NCBI GenBank assembly: GCA_002189035.1
Contig: NEEC01000014.1
Location: 3,081,731-3,145,730 of the forward strand
Length of the DNA stretch: 64,000 nt
Direction of reading: 5' to 3'
Origin: Utricularia gibba
Lineage: Eukaryota > Plantae > Magnoliophyta
Of the stretch, positions 1-13,489 are shown in pieces. The translations under genes were made by a program, and so were the position numbers. The stretch's first letter is position 1. Every line of letters starts with the position of its first letter. The notes beneath the pieces were generated by a model. The model was not told where the DNA came from, did not search any database, and saw only the letters and a list, made by a program, of their open reading frames with translations.

Positions 1-130
1 AATTCCCTCTTGACAAAAACCCTTCATCACAATTCTGGCCTTGTACTATGTTGTGCCATTTGAGTTTTTCTTCACCTTGAAGATCCCCATGTTATCTAAA
101 GATTTCCTACCAACAAGTATGAGGTGTCAT
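1..130 (-). pseudogene. pol: Ty1/copia reverse transcriptase N-terminal relic
   Basis: Minus strand reads IFKVKKNSNGTT*YKARIVMKGFCQEGI, matching the copia RT motif W(I/V)FK.K...DG....YKARLVAKGF.Q.EG, with an in-frame stop. Confidence 0.7.
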
Positions 131-1221
131 GACCCATGTCTAAGGCTCAAGAGACATGAATCAGGACTTGAGACCTTTTGAAACTTATAGCACATTATTG
201 CAAGATTAGGTTTACACTAACATTATGCCTTTTTAAAAAAATATGTTACATTACCGTATAGCCCATACCTAAGGTACAACGCTTATCTCATGTTGCTCTG
301 AGTGTGGAGAAACACTCCTCACTATTTTTTAAAGTTATTACCGTATAGCATATAGAACAAACAAGCTAAAATGATTGCTACACTTATCTTCCAGAATCCA
401 TATTGACCACGTAATAAAGAGACATTACTCATCTGGAAAACAATCAAAGAGGCACCTGTTCTTTAAATAAAACATTTAGAGATGAGTTGCGAGAATATTA
501 AGGATTCAAAACTCATTTTTTATGTAGAAAACAATAGGGTAAAACCATATTGCTGAAATTATACACTCTACCCTATTGGATTTTTCAGAAACCATTAAAA
601 ACGTGCCTTACAAAGAAGAAGCTTAAGAAGCACACCCAAAGAACAATCCGTTTCAAGAAAACAAGGAATGAAAATCACATTAGTATATAAGTATGTTTGT
701 TCCAAATAAATATAAAAAGATAGTTTGTTATTTCAAACAATAACACTCATGTCATTTATCTTATTCCCTTTACTTTAGAACACTCTTTTCTTACAAACTA
801 AAACAAACAATGTATGCTTCCCCTTAATCTCTCATGTTGTATCCTTCACTTTGCTTCTTTTGTAACTTTGAATATTTAGCTATCCCCATGTCCTCTCACG
901 ACTAGTATTGATTGAGCTATATGAGTCACCATCACCTTATCCGAAAGTTGACATGTGCCTTCAATTTTACCCACGTCTTCTCACCACCGATAGTATTTTT
1001 CACCACACCCCCTATTGATTGCTTTTAGTGTCAACAATGTTCAGGCTATTCTTGTATTTATTGTTGCTGGACATGAAGCTAGATTACTTAGATAAACTGG
1101 TTAAGCTGTATATGCGAAATCTATAGTTTATCAAGTAGGCAAATGGCTTCATAGTTGGCTAGCATTATATCTATTCCATCTAATTGAAAGCTACGTCTTG
1201 AAACTCAACTAAGTCATCTCT

Positions 1222-1540
1222 GCAAGTTGTGGAAATTCTGAGAGTATCTCACTTTCCAGTTTCCAAGTGGCTTTTTTCCTCATTATGATTGCTCCATTAC
1301 TCTTTCACCACAGGTATGGTCTCGACTCTCAACCTCCTTTCCTACCTATCCAGTATTCTAACCGGCTCTTAGCAGTTCTAACATGAATGTTCTATTGCAT
1401 CTTCACCATATGGTTTCAGACCAATTCAATCCACAAAGCTATCTCTAAAAACATTGTGCAAGAGGTTACACACGGAAATGTTGTTCAATGAATCTCCTTC
1501 TTGCAAAGCAGTTCCATATAATATAAAACCTCCATGCAGA
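1222..1540 (-). pseudogene. pol: Tekay (chromovirus) integrase C-terminus and chromodomain relic
   Basis: Minus strand reads ILDR*ERRLRVETIPVVKE*WSNHNEE/KATWKLESEILSEFPQL (stops and one frameshift), resembling the Tekay chromodomain ILDR..R.LR...IP.VKV.W.NH..EEATWE; an HNVF-like motif lies upstream. Confidence 0.7.
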
Positions 1541-4074
1541 ACAACTCAATACACTATTATATACTATCTATAAAGCTATAGATAGTATCAATATTTTAAG
1601 TGTCTAAATTTCAGTTTGGAAGAAAAATTTGTATATATAATATGATATATGCATCTAAATTGAACTATTGATAAATAAATAATAAAATATAATTTTATTT
1701 TATCAACTTGAAATCTTATATGGGTACATAAAATATCCAATTTAATAAAAGCACTCCACAGCATTATCCGCATAATTCGATGCAAAAGTTAATAAACCAA
1801 AATTTATGGCTTCTTATGTGTCAAAAATACCTATGGCTTCAAGTCATTCTAAAAAAATAGGATTCTACAACATTTTTCATGAAAATAATGGTGAGAAGCA
1901 CAAGATAAGACTGGAGTATCTTTCGATGTAGAGGAGAAGGTGAAGTGTAGCACAAGTTTTCAATTTAATACAAAAAGGGAGTAGAAAGTGAATTTCAGGA
2001 CCACATTCGCGATGTAATGTCAAAGGGTAGCAGAAAGTGGAAGACTTCCGAGGGTGCTAACTGGCTATGCAAGTAGCATGATTTTCACTAAGGGGAGCAG
2101 GGAGCCCATGAAGTGCTGGAGGTGATGGAGACTACTTTATTTAGATAAGAAAGAAACCAAAAAAAAAAAAAAACGAATTAATGGGTGGGGTGGAATACAC
2201 TTTTTTTTGTCAATGACGGTTGATTTTGTTTCTTCAAGTTGATTACTCAGCTCTAGAGTAGTCATGTTTAAGTGCTGCTTAAATCTCTTATACATTTGAA
2301 TGAAGTTGAGAATGTTAGCATTGACTTTACATATGTGGTTGATAGTTGTTATAAAAAAGACAAAGACAAATACATCAATTTTGGTGATCTAGAAACCCAA
2401 AGGAAAAATTAGAAGCATTCAACACGATAAGTAAATTGGTTTCACTAAAATAAAATGAATTAATGTAGTAAGATGACCAATACATGAACATAGAACTAAG
2501 CATGTTGTTATAAACAAAGCTTGTGCAGAGACATTGAGACATAGTTTCCTCTCCAACTCCGAAAAGTGTCCCCCAAAAGGTATTCCCACAAACCTTACGT
2601 GCATATATGAAACCCTCAAGAATGAATCGTAGATACTTTTTAAATAGGTGTTTCTCTGAATCTTAAAGGTAGATTGATTATTAAATACTCAGATATAATA
2701 TAGATATATTTAGATGTTATCATATATAAAAGATATATATATGTACCACCAGACATATATTATCAAATATTTGTATATTGGGTACAAGAATCTTCTTTAT
2801 TGTAGGCTTATCATATCTACTTTAAGTCCCCATAAAGAATTCAACCATACTATCAAATTAGGAAGACCAAGAATAATCATTAAAAGGAATAAATGGAAAA
2901 AGTTCAATCTTATCAGATAGTCCCACAACCTTGTTCAATTCTTAGAACTCAAAAAGTTGGGTCGAATGAATAATTGAATAGAGATCGGGCTTAATGGCTT
3001 TAATTAAAATAAAGAAAAAGCAACCAGCTTCTCATCTCAATTGGAAAATTTTCGTAATCCAATTAGAGGTTACAATTCGATTAGTACCTTATAGGGAAAA
3101 AGCTTCCCCCCTCACATGGTTCTACATTTTTGTATTGAATCCTATAGGCAAGCCACGTTGTTTAGAAAACTACTCATTCCCGACAAATCGGTTGTTTTCT
3201 TATATTAGAAACTTTCCCATCATTTGATTTTTTTAATATAAGTAATGTCATGTACACAAACTTTACATTTAAATATAATATCAAACCCAAATGTCAAAAA
3301 TTCATTTATATAATATAACCCATCATTATTGAATTAAAATCATTTATATGATATGAAACCCAAATGTGGAGCTAGAAGCAATTTCCAATTTATAATTGAC
3401 CTTGTGTGATTAGAGAAATGAGTTGTTTTAAGGGTTTTTAGAAAACAATATATAATATATCCTTATATTATTGTAAAAATAAAATCAATATAATGTCATT
3501 TTATTTTTTTATTGAATTCATAAAAAATATATTAAATTCAATCAATATAGTTATGATTGATGGAAAATTGTAATGGACAAAAAAAATACTCTAGGAATGT
3601 AAAAAACAAAATAAATTATTTTCTTTTTTAAAAAAATATTTATCTAAATTTAATAAATACATAAAAGATATTGGTAATGATTATATCATTATAGTTATTT
3701 GAAATTATACTGTAATTTGTATAAAAATCAGATGATGAATAAATTTCAAAATATATGGCAGGAGTGATAGATTTCTAAACTATTTCCAAAGAATCGATAG
3801 TTTTCTAAATAACCTTATGTGAATCATTATACTAATAAATAAGTTTTTTTCTAAAATAAAATGAGGATTCTGGTTGAAGAGGAAAAGATTTTGAATTATC
3901 TTGATGTAGGATAATTTATATTTTAAAGACTGCGATTTAGCTACTATCGAACCACTTTAAACTATAAATCATTCGATTAAGTTAAATTAGAATGGTTTCA
4001 AGATATAAAAAATGTATCATAATTCAACCACACTTCAAATACCATCAATGATACATTTTTAAATGATTGATAGC

Positions 4075-4470
4075 GGTTCATTGGCTGAAACGACAAGTAC
4101 AAGGACGCGAAGAATGCAAAAAATAGATGTTCAAGCAACACCTTAGACCTGGAGGGAAGCTACAATCATGGGGATTCCGGAACCGAAGTTTGATCATATC
4201 ACAGTGGACCTCACAGTGGGAACCATGCTCATCAAGTGAATCTACGTAGATTGCTCGGAGTTTCACATCACATTTTCGTGTAGTAGGCCAACATGAAAGC
4301 ATCGACAAGCTCGATTGCATAGTGCGAAAAAACGGTTTTCATCGACATTTTGCCGGTTTTTGCCAAAAGCAATGAGATCCGAGTTGAAGGCCAAATGGAA
4401 AGAGTTCTTCCTTTTCTTTTAACCTGTTTTTCCTTGTTTGCTTTTTTCCTTGTTTGCTTTTTAACCTCAT
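4075..4470 (+). mobile_element. Fragment of the Tekay-pol-derived degenerate repeat (family X): integrase relic plus downstream motif
   Basis: A 51-bp stretch near 4135-4185 matches 42253-42303 with one mismatch; the rest is colinear with 15570-16130, with an internal deletion. Confidence 0.7.
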
Positions 4471-4507
4471 TGAAAAATCTTATATTTTGATATTTACTTT
4501 GAATTAT

Positions 4508-5245
4508 AATCAAATTTATATCATTGATAAAATACTCTACTTGATCTATGTGCTATAAAAATTATAATCAGATCATAATGTGAGATTCTTCAAGTATATG
4601 TGTTCAAGTTAAAAATTCCCTAGCTAGAGTGTCTATAAAATGAGGATATCACAAATATAGATAAGTTGGCACATATTGAGTTCCTCAAAAAATTTAGGCA
4701 ATAGTTCTCACAATTAATGTAATGAGATTACTAGAACCTATGTGTGGGTGTCGATTAGAGAATCGATTCAATGGATGAGAAGAGATGTGACTCCTTAAGA
4801 TTGAAGATAGTTGATTGATCAATAAAGGATTAATCAATTATGTTAGCTATGAGATCTTATTTTAAGTAATTGCATCAAAGCCTAACAAAAAGTCTTTGGC
4901 CCAGGGTAATGACACTTCAGATGTTTGAGTAGGTCATTGAATGTTAGTACTTAAATGCAATTATAATTTCAATAAATCAGAAAGACAGACACCCATGTTC
5001 TGGTATCGAATGAGATATAAGTATGATGAAGGTTGTTCATTGTATGGTAGTTGATCGTAGAAAGGCTCAATCAATTCACTTGATTATTCTTACATTTTGG
5101 GGACATGATATGATGCTAGACATCACTCATGATTGATCTGTTAATTAAGATTTAATTACATTATCCAATATCAATGGCTTGATTGAACAAGCCTATAGGG
5201 TCACCTATCGATATAAAATAGAATGACACAATTACATGAGATATC
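4508..5245 (+). mobile_element. Angela-like copia LTR fragment (direct repeat of 14260-15200)
   Basis: Long diverged direct repeat of 14260-15200 (shared gatcataatgtgagattcttcaag, gtaattgcatcaaagcctaacaa, gctagacatcactcatgat), lacking a block present near 14510-14680. Confidence 0.55.
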
Positions 5246-5289
5246 ATTGGTAAGTGGATAAATTTCGCTACTTTTTTGAAATGCGATGT

Positions 5290-5640
5290 CTTTGAGGGAA
5301 ACCTTCTACTTGTTTTGAATAGTTGCTTCATTTGAAACCCTAGATGTGGTTTGCCAAATACTTGTTGTTTGGGGATCATATCAGGTGTTATCAGAGCTAA
5401 TCTTTCTCTTGTTCATTTGTTTTCCATTAGTCTTTTATCTTCGATCCAAAAAAAAAAAAATTCGAAATCCTTCTTCTTTGAAGATCTAAAAGAAGCGTCC
5501 ATCCCTTTTCTTAGCATTTCTGGTAAGAAATTTACTATGGATGATCTAACAAGCAACATTCCTACGTACACTACTATCAGGAAGAGTTATGTGCATAGCA
5601 GCAGGTGTGAAACCATCAATAGATCTCATGGATGCCTTGT
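5290..5640 (+). mobile_element. CRM-type LTR 3' end, degenerate tRNA-iMet PBS and leader
   Basis: cttgttgtttggggatcatatca ends at 5383, followed by tgttatcagagc (5386-5397) and taatctttctc; same arrangement as the CRM LTR end/PBS near 56870-56910. Confidence 0.55.
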
Positions 5641-6049
5641 GTTTTTCTTGTTCCACATAAAGAAAGATTAAATAGGAATTATCCACCATAAGGCCATCCA
5701 TCACAATGATCTGATTCTTGGTTGACTCATACCTATCATTTAGTCCATGCTAGATTTGTATTAGCTTAGTAGGACCAAAGAAATTGGCAATAAAAACATA
5801 AGCAGAACAATTATGGCATTTGATGTTTGGTGTAAAGGCCTCTAAATATTTCACTAAACATATTTGTCAATAAACCACTATGTTTAGTGAAATATTTGGT
5901 AATGCAAAAACTGCCCAATCTTAAGTGCTAAATATCTGTTTGAATCTAATTAGACAAGCTGGGTTTAATATTTCAAAATGATTATGCAAAGAAATCCATA
6001 GATCATGTGACGTTATGGTATGAAATCTCTAGTACTACAATTAGGCATA

Positions 6050-6700
6050 ATACCTCTCTAATAGTCATTGTTATGTATGAAATCAATAAGGGATGGGGTC
6101 CACATCCGTCTGGAGTTTACTTTTTTTTGCAACCATTAGGAAAAGCCACATGGAACCCTTAGGTTAGAGGGGATGCTAACTCATGTACCTGTATTACTAC
6201 TTATTGTTTAAGGAAAACCCTAAGAACGAGAGTTCTAGAGGGAAGGAATTAGAGGATATAGCAGAAGAGAAAAGGATTTCAGGGGCTTTGCTATAAGGAA
6301 TGGGTGTTTTGCTAGGAATAAAGTAAGTGGGATGAATGCTACTGACTCTTAATAGAAACATAACTCTGGAACAAAATGTGGCTATGTGCTTATGTACTCT
6401 CTTTTTATTTTTGAAGGGTGTTCTTCCTACTTTGTAAACCCATCTCTCTTCTCTTGTTCTTCATTGTTATGAAAAGTCCAATAGAGCATGCTCTTTTGAA
6501 ATCATTCTTCCTTGTAAAGAGTGGTGTTCGAAAATTCTTTTAGAGTCCCTGAAATCGTCCCTTAAACCTTTGAGGATAGGGTACCCTTGTTGTTCGTTTT
6601 CCAAACATAGTTTCCCCTTTTGAAGTATATGAAATACTCAATGTTCTTTGTCAATGTTCTAAGTGAACATGTATTAGAAAATGGTGATGGGTGTGTTGGG
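6050..6700 (+). mobile_element. Family X non-coding segment
   Basis: gttatgtatgaaatcaataagggatgggg matches about 17360-17390, and 6470-6660 is colinear with 17800-17980. Confidence 0.65.
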
Positions 6701-7089
6701 ATTTGATACGACTTTTCAAACAAAAAATATTTGGCAAACCATATCTTGGATTTCAAATGAACCAATCCTTCAAGAAAAGAAGAGGTTGGCTTTTGTAGTA
6801 GTTTTTGTAGATTACTTTGATTATAATGACTTTTGAGAGCAATTCTCCTTTTTGAATTCTTGTAGAACTTTAGATTTAGCAAGTTTAACTTATGATGTCT
6901 AGTGTGGTTCATCATTCTCATCTTCTTTCTTATTATGTGAGTTTGGCACCATTTTCATAGTTTGGATTGCAAGGATTTTCATTCTTTTAGAGGAAACTTC
7001 TTCTTTTCTTGAAGGATTGATTATTTTCAACCCAAGATTTGGTTTTCCTAATACTTGTTGTTTGGAGGCTCATATCAAGATGGAGAGCA

Positions 7090-7720
7090 TGAAACATTGG
7101 AGGAAGCTACCTATAAATGGAAATTTTGGGAGAGAACAAGACTCATAATTTTTTGGAATTACCCACTACTATTAAACATCTCGAAAATGAGTGGATATAC
7201 AAATTCAAGACTAATCTTGATGGTTCTCAGAAGTCAGATGTCAAAACCAATATACTCGTAAAAGGTTATAGCAAGAAGGCTAGAATGGATTATCATGAGA
7301 TTTGTGCTCCTGTGGTAAGGGTCTCAATCATACACATCATCTTGGCATTAATTTCTTTTTAGATTTGGAATGAGATGAACTAGCTTCCAAAACTGCATTT
7401 TTACATGAGACATGTAGGATGATCTAGACATGGGACAAATTGGAAGGTATGAAGTGGAAGGACGACAAGGATAGGTGTGTAAACTGAATAAAAGTTTATT
7501 TAGGCTCAAAGAAGCCCTCGTCAATGGAATTCCAAGTTTCACAATTTTGTAAATATGGATTTGAGTATGATAATCTTGAATTTCTGATTCTTATCCTTTA
7601 TGTGGTGATATTCTTGTTGCAAGAAAAAAGGGGTTTGGGCCCTACATCTATGAAGCTTAGGATCAAAATAGATAGAGGCCAATCTAAGAGGAGTCTAACA
7701 ATTATACAACCATGGTACAT
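7090..7720 (+). pseudogene. pol: Ty1/copia reverse transcriptase relic
   Basis: ORF 7117-7362 contains WIYKFKTNLDGS...LVKGYSKK..MDYHEICAPVVR, a decayed copia RT motif; frameshifted downstream. Confidence 0.7.
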
Positions 7721-7863
7721 ATGATATTGAAGAAATGCACTATGATCGATGCCAAGATTGTTCATCATAGCCTTTGAATTTGGAGTTAACGTCAGCAGTG
7801 TGTCTTTCCAATATAGAGGGATAGCTTGAATGTCACAAGGTCTTTTGTCTTTTGGAGTGGTTG

Positions 7864-8450
7864 TGATGTGACCCTCTAAACAACAAGTGTTTGGAAAAAA
7901 AGATCCGGAGTTTCAAAGAAAACACAATCCTTCAAAAAAAGAGGAAAATTTCCAAGAAGGAATAAATATCCCTGCAACCCAAACAATGAAAATGATGCCA
8001 CGTTTACGGAGCAAGCAAGGAAATGTGAGTGATAAAACACATTACACACCACACGCAAAGATTGATAAGTCTAAATTTTATAAGAACTTGTAGGATTGCT
8101 ATCAAAACACATGACAACCTGAATTGTTCCTAAATAAGAGTGAGATCCTTCTTATATAGCTAGAAAAAAATGCCTTTTCAAAAAAAGAGTACTAAAAGTG
8201 ATCTAGAAAGTAATCCCCAACTTTACTCCACGTAGTCTACTTTGAGTAGATTGAACTTAATGCCACACTTTTCATTCATTTTTTGATTGGCCCATAATCT
8301 ACTTTGAGTAGATTGAACTAAGCACGTGTCAGGCTCTTGATTCGTTTGGCCTCTTGCTCTATTTATTGCCCAAGTTGCATTGTAAGAAGAATGGCATCCT
8401 TCTTCCATTCATCTTCATTGTCTTTGTTCGTGACATCCGTGATCTCATTA
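7864..8450 (-). repeat. CRM 3' LTR (about 587 bp)
   Basis: Bounded by the PPT at 8451-8460 and ending in gagggtcacatca on the minus strand, the same terminus as the solo LTR at 30274/49105; carries a decayed CR-motif (AINRARGQ). Confidence 0.75.
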
Positions 8451-10640
8451 TCCCCTCCCTTCTTTAAAGAGAATCATCTTTGAATCATCACTATCTACAT
8501 CATAAGGAATAAAATCAATAATATTGAATGTAGAATGTTCCAAAACTCACCTAGTAGAATTTTGTAAGCATTGTCATCCATTTTCTCAATGAATTGAAAG
8601 GGATCATCTCTCCACTTGTTGAAAGCTTTCAATATTTCTTGTTTGGAAATCTTTCCTTTCAGAAATGTACCCAAACATATTTCTTTGGCTTTAGGATAAT
8701 TCTCTTTCTATGCTTGTTTGCTTTTGCTGCATAGTCCTTGTTTTTTATTTCAAGTTGATTTTGAACATTCTAATGTAGTGTTTCTGCTCTCTTATATCAT
8801 GGCCCATCCCCCCTTTGCACGATATTGTCCACTTTGGGTACCTAACTCTCACGGTTTTACATTCTCCCCATCTTTGGCCAGGAGCTTCCCATGTGGTCAC
8901 CCATCCCAAAATTACCCTCAGCCAAGTATGCTTAACTTTGGAGTTCTGATAAAGAATCCTCCGCCATGCTCCGGAATAGACCTCAAACAAGGTTTGTGTG
9001 ATCATTCTACTTAATCTCATCATCTCCCCCACCCGAAACCGATATGGGATTCACCAAAGGTTGTTCTACCACCGTTCCTTCTTAGTACCATCAAAGCTAT
9101 GAAATTCATCAAATGGAAATGGAAAAAAGCCTAAAGGAGCACGGAGATTAAATCCATGCACAAATTCAAAGGAGAACAATGTATAGAAGAAAGTACCACT
9201 CTATTGTATGTAAACATAACATGGGGCAAGCAATCTTCCCATGTTCTAATGTTCACTTTGATGATGGCATGAAGGTAGATAGATTTCAGTTTGTAACCTT
9301 GTTTAGTCCATTAGTTTGTAGATAACAAGTGGTAAAGAAAAGAATTTTGTTCCCAACTTACTCCAAAGTGTGCACTAGAAGTGGTTGAGAAGCTTAGCAT
9401 CTCAATCACATACAATGGTAAATGGCATTCCATGAATTCTGAAAATCTCTTTAAAGAATAAGTTTGCAACATGGGTTGCAACATCATTCTTGTGGCAATG
9501 AATGAAATGTGCCGTTTTGGAAAATCTATCAACCATTGTAAAGATTGAATCCTTTCCCTTTTGAATTCTTGGTAAACCTAAAAGAAAATCCATAGAAAGG
9601 TCAATAAAAGGGTGAATAGGATAGGAAGATGAGTGTATAATCCGTGAGAAGTGGATTTTTATTTTGCCTTTTTACACACCAAACATGTTTCACCAATTCT
9701 TTGTATATCTCTTCTCATGTGTGGCCAATAGAAGTATTCTTGGAGCATGCCCAATTTCTTGATGACACCAAAATGTCCCATAAGTCCGCCACCATGAATC
9801 TCTTTCACCAAAAACTCTCGAATGAAATAAAGAAGAATAGATAACCTATTCTTCTTGAAAAGGAAATCATCTTGCTTTTAGAAATGATGAGGTTTATGCT
9901 AACATGAAAGATAAATATCCTAAAAATCATTATCAAGACTATAAAATTTTTTTATTATTGAAAATCCAAGCATTTAAACATCAAGAGTAGCCAAAAGTGT
10001 ATACTTTCGTAACATATGGAATGGTATCAATGAACTCCACCCATCTTCCATGTACTATAGATAATGTTTCCAAGTTTCTAGTGTTCTTACTAGTGAGTAC
10101 AGTTGCTCTTTATCATAAGTTGAGTAATTGAGTATAACTCCACCCAACTTTTCACTGAAGTAGGTAATGGGTTGACTTGTTTGCATTAGAACAATACTTA
10201 TTTCAATTCAAGAAGCATTGCATTCAATTTCAAATGTTTTATAGATATTTGGTAATGCAAGTAAAGGAGAGGAGCTAAACTTATTATTAAATTGTTTGAA
10301 TGTAAACTTTTCCTCAGAAAAACTGAACATTCTTCTTTATCACTTAATCCAATGGTTCACTAAGAGTGCTAAAATCCTTAGCAAAACAACGGACAAAACT
10401 TGCCAATCGATGGAAGCTACATACTTCTCCAACTGTGGTAGGAGTTAGTAATTCTCTAATTGCGTTCACCTTTTCTCCATCCATTGAATTTCTGCATCAC
10501 ACACAATGTAGCAAAGAAAAGAAATTTTGTTTGTGCAAAATTCACAGTTCTTGATGTTAGCATACAAACACTCCTTTCTAAAGACAAGCAGCACTTCACG
10601 TAAATGACATATATGTTCTTCCAACAAAACATCACTCAAC
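7864..10640 (-). mobile_element. pol: CRM (centromeric retrotransposon lineage) element, 3' half: RT-RNaseH-integrase relic plus 3' LTR
   Basis: RT relic EEHICHLREVLLVFRKECLYANIKNCEFC...SFHRLASFVRCFAKDFST near 10380-10630; integrase [28 protein letters not shown] at 9402-9593; polypurine tract agggagggga at 8451-8460. Confidence 0.85.
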
Positions 10641-10831
10641 AAAGAAAAAAGAAAAACAAAAAGGGTAGTTCTTCCATTCTTGCTTATTGAAAAAAGAAAA
10701 ACAAAAAAAAACGTTCAAGCCACGTACTTCTTCGTACTTTTGATTGAAGAAGAGCTCGAAATTGAGTTTCAATTGAATAGCAAGAACACCTTGAATATCA
10801 ACTTTAAGGGTGTAAGAAGAGAAGGAGTGTG

Positions 10832-13470
10832 TGTTGGAGATCAGCCTCCATCCAAAGGTTGAAGGTGATTGGAAACATTAATCTTGTATCATAATGTCAT
10901 GTTTCAGATAAAAAGGAGTTGGGTTCGAGCATGGAAGTGTTGGGTTCGAGTTGTTGGGCTTTTTTGTGTGTTTTCAATGATTGTGGCCCACTGTTGGGTA
11001 ACCTAGGTATTGGGTATATATAAACCCTACTAGGAATGCATGTCAACTAGGTTTTCGGTCATTCTTATTGTTAATGAGTCGTTTTTCATCCAAGGTGATC
11101 TCATAAGCATTACCTTTTTGTTACTTCCCAAGACTCTATCTTTCTTGCATCAACATGATATCAGAGCAGTAAGGTTTTCAAACTTGTGTTTGTTTCAGTA
11201 TTTTATTTACTGTTCAGCGTTTTTTACTTAGTGGATTACCAAGTATCAACCCAAAGGTTTTCAAACGGTGGCTATGATGGCATCTGGGAGAGGACCTCCA
11301 ATATTTGATGGTTCTAAGTATGGAAGCTGGGTCAAAAAGATGTGTAGCTACCTTCGGGTCAGAAAGATTTGGGGTGTTGTCAAAAGGGAGATTCCGGCTA
11401 TTACAATAACAAGCAAATCCACATCAGAACAGCAAGAGGAAGCTGAGTATCTTCAACAGAGAAAAGATGAAACAATGGATGCCTTGTATCAAGCCATCTC
11501 TGAACATCTGTTTGATGATATTGCAGAGTGTCAATCAGCGAAAGAAATATGGGATACTCTCAAATCCCATTATAAAGGCGATGCCAAACTCAGAGAGATA
11601 TTATGCAAAAACAAGCTGGAGGACTTTGAGACCATACAAGTCTATTATGAACATACTATGAAGCTTGTGAAGTAGATTCGAGGATTAGGGGGAAAAACTT
11701 GAGGATCAAAAGGTGATTAGCAAGGCAATCATGAGCCTACTTGCAAGATTCGAGCCAAAGTTATGTGCACTTGAGACAGAAAGAAAAATCCTTGCCATTA
11801 TTGAAGGAAAGCTCCATCAGCTGTATCCTGAATATCGTGTTACACCAGAGCCAACATTTAGAGAGTTCATGATTGAGTTGCATAAAAAAGAGATTGGAAC
11901 TAAGAGATGGTTATGAAGTTGAGAAAACTTATGGTAAAGCTGCTCTCCTTAGAATCTTTGGTAGTCTGTGTTTTACTCATGTACCAGACCAAAAACGAGA
12001 AAAAGTTGATAAGAAATCTGTATCTGGTGTATTTATGGTTATAGCAACACTACCAAGGAATATAAAGTGTATATACCTGACTAGAAGAAATTTATCTTCA
12101 GCCATGATGTCTCTTTTGATGAAGGTGCAAGATATACTTTAATTGATGATTGCATTTCTCTGACTGATGCAGAAGGTCATAAAAGTCGTGGAAGGCATAG
12201 CACTCATGTGAAAGGAGACCTCTGGGCACATATGCCTCAAAACATCTTTTCCAGAAATTAAACAAACCAAGAAACTTCAGAACTCGTCCATGAAGATTCA
12301 AATCAAGTAAATGAACAGCATTTTGATGAGATTTTCCCACCTCTAGAGGAGGAGAAGGTCACAAATCAAGATGACTCATCCAATGAGAATTCAGAATCAA
12401 ACTCAGAACCCCTATATGAACAATCTCATTAGGCCAATGATCAACATTTCGATGGGAATTTCGAAATCCCAGAAGAGGAGAAAGGCACGAATGTAGAAGA
12501 CTCATCAATAGATGAATCTGATGGGGAGGAACCTGATACTGATGATGAAGATTATTACCCATCTGATTGTGATTGGCAAGGAAGGAAATGCAAAAACATC
12601 AGAGATTCAATAGATAATGAAGATAGTCGTGTTACTGACATTAGAAGAAGCAAAAAAAACAAGGCTCCTACACTAATTTTCTCCAAGTTGAATGATGATG
12701 TCCAAGATGCTGTAGTTGACATTTTGGCTGGATTATTGACAGGAGATCCAACATCATTTGAATTGGCTGTACAAAATCCGAAATGGAATGAGGCCAGGAA
12801 GGAAGAAATGAATTATATACTTGAAAATGAAACATGGGAGTTAGTTGATAAACCCAAAGATAGGGATTTCAAACCTATTGACCTCAAGTGGTTATTCGAA
12901 ATCAAGATGAATGCAGATGGCTCTATCAACAAATATAAGGTTAGATTAGTAGCCAAGGGATATAATCAGATCAAAGGAATAAATTTTCATGAGATTTTTG
13001 CACCAGTAGCAAGATTTGACAAGATTAAAGTATTTCTTGCCATTTCAGCTGCTCATGGATGGAAAGTGTATCACATGGATGTGAAGACTGCGTTCTTGAA
13101 TGGTGTGTTAGAGGAGGTTGTTTTTGTTGAACAACCAAAGGGCTTCGAAGTGTCAGGTGATGAAGACAAAATATTGAAGCTAAAGAAATCTCTCTATGGG
13201 TTAAAGCAAGCTCCTAGAGCATGGAATGAACAAATGGATAACTTTCTCTCCAAGGTATTGGTTTCAAAAAAACATATAGTGATTACTCACTATACGTTAA
13301 AGGAAAGGGAGATGATCGTTTATTTGTTAGTGTATATGTGGATGATTTTATGATTACTTCAAGTGATGAAAGGAAGATTGAAGAATTCAAAGCCCTTGTC
13401 AAAAATGAATTCAAGATTAATGACCTTGGAATGATGTCCTACTATCTAGGCATGGAAATTTACCAACAGT
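10832..13470 (+). mobile_element. Ty1/copia Ivana-like element, copy D (internally deleted, 3' truncated)
   Basis: 5' LTR TGTTGG...TCAACA at 10832-11155, PBS tgatatcagagc at 11156-11167, gag ORF 11268-11675, RT ORF 12688-13353. Homologous to 44454-50433 but lacks about 1.5 kb at 11950 and lacks the solo-LTR insertion. Confidence 0.9.
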
Positions 13471-13489
13471 GTGAAGGTGAATACCCATC

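Noticed and set aside
250-349. 13-bp direct repeat (attaccgtatagc) flanking a small hairpin (gagtgt...acactc)
   Set aside because: Only two copies within decayed retroelement sequence, with no evidence of a defined element.
1550-4070. AT-rich stretch with several 65-77 aa ORFs, considered as a host gene, organellar insertion or Helitron
   Set aside because: The ORFs are low-complexity with no recognisable domain, and I found no termini, TSD or organellar gene similarity that I could support.
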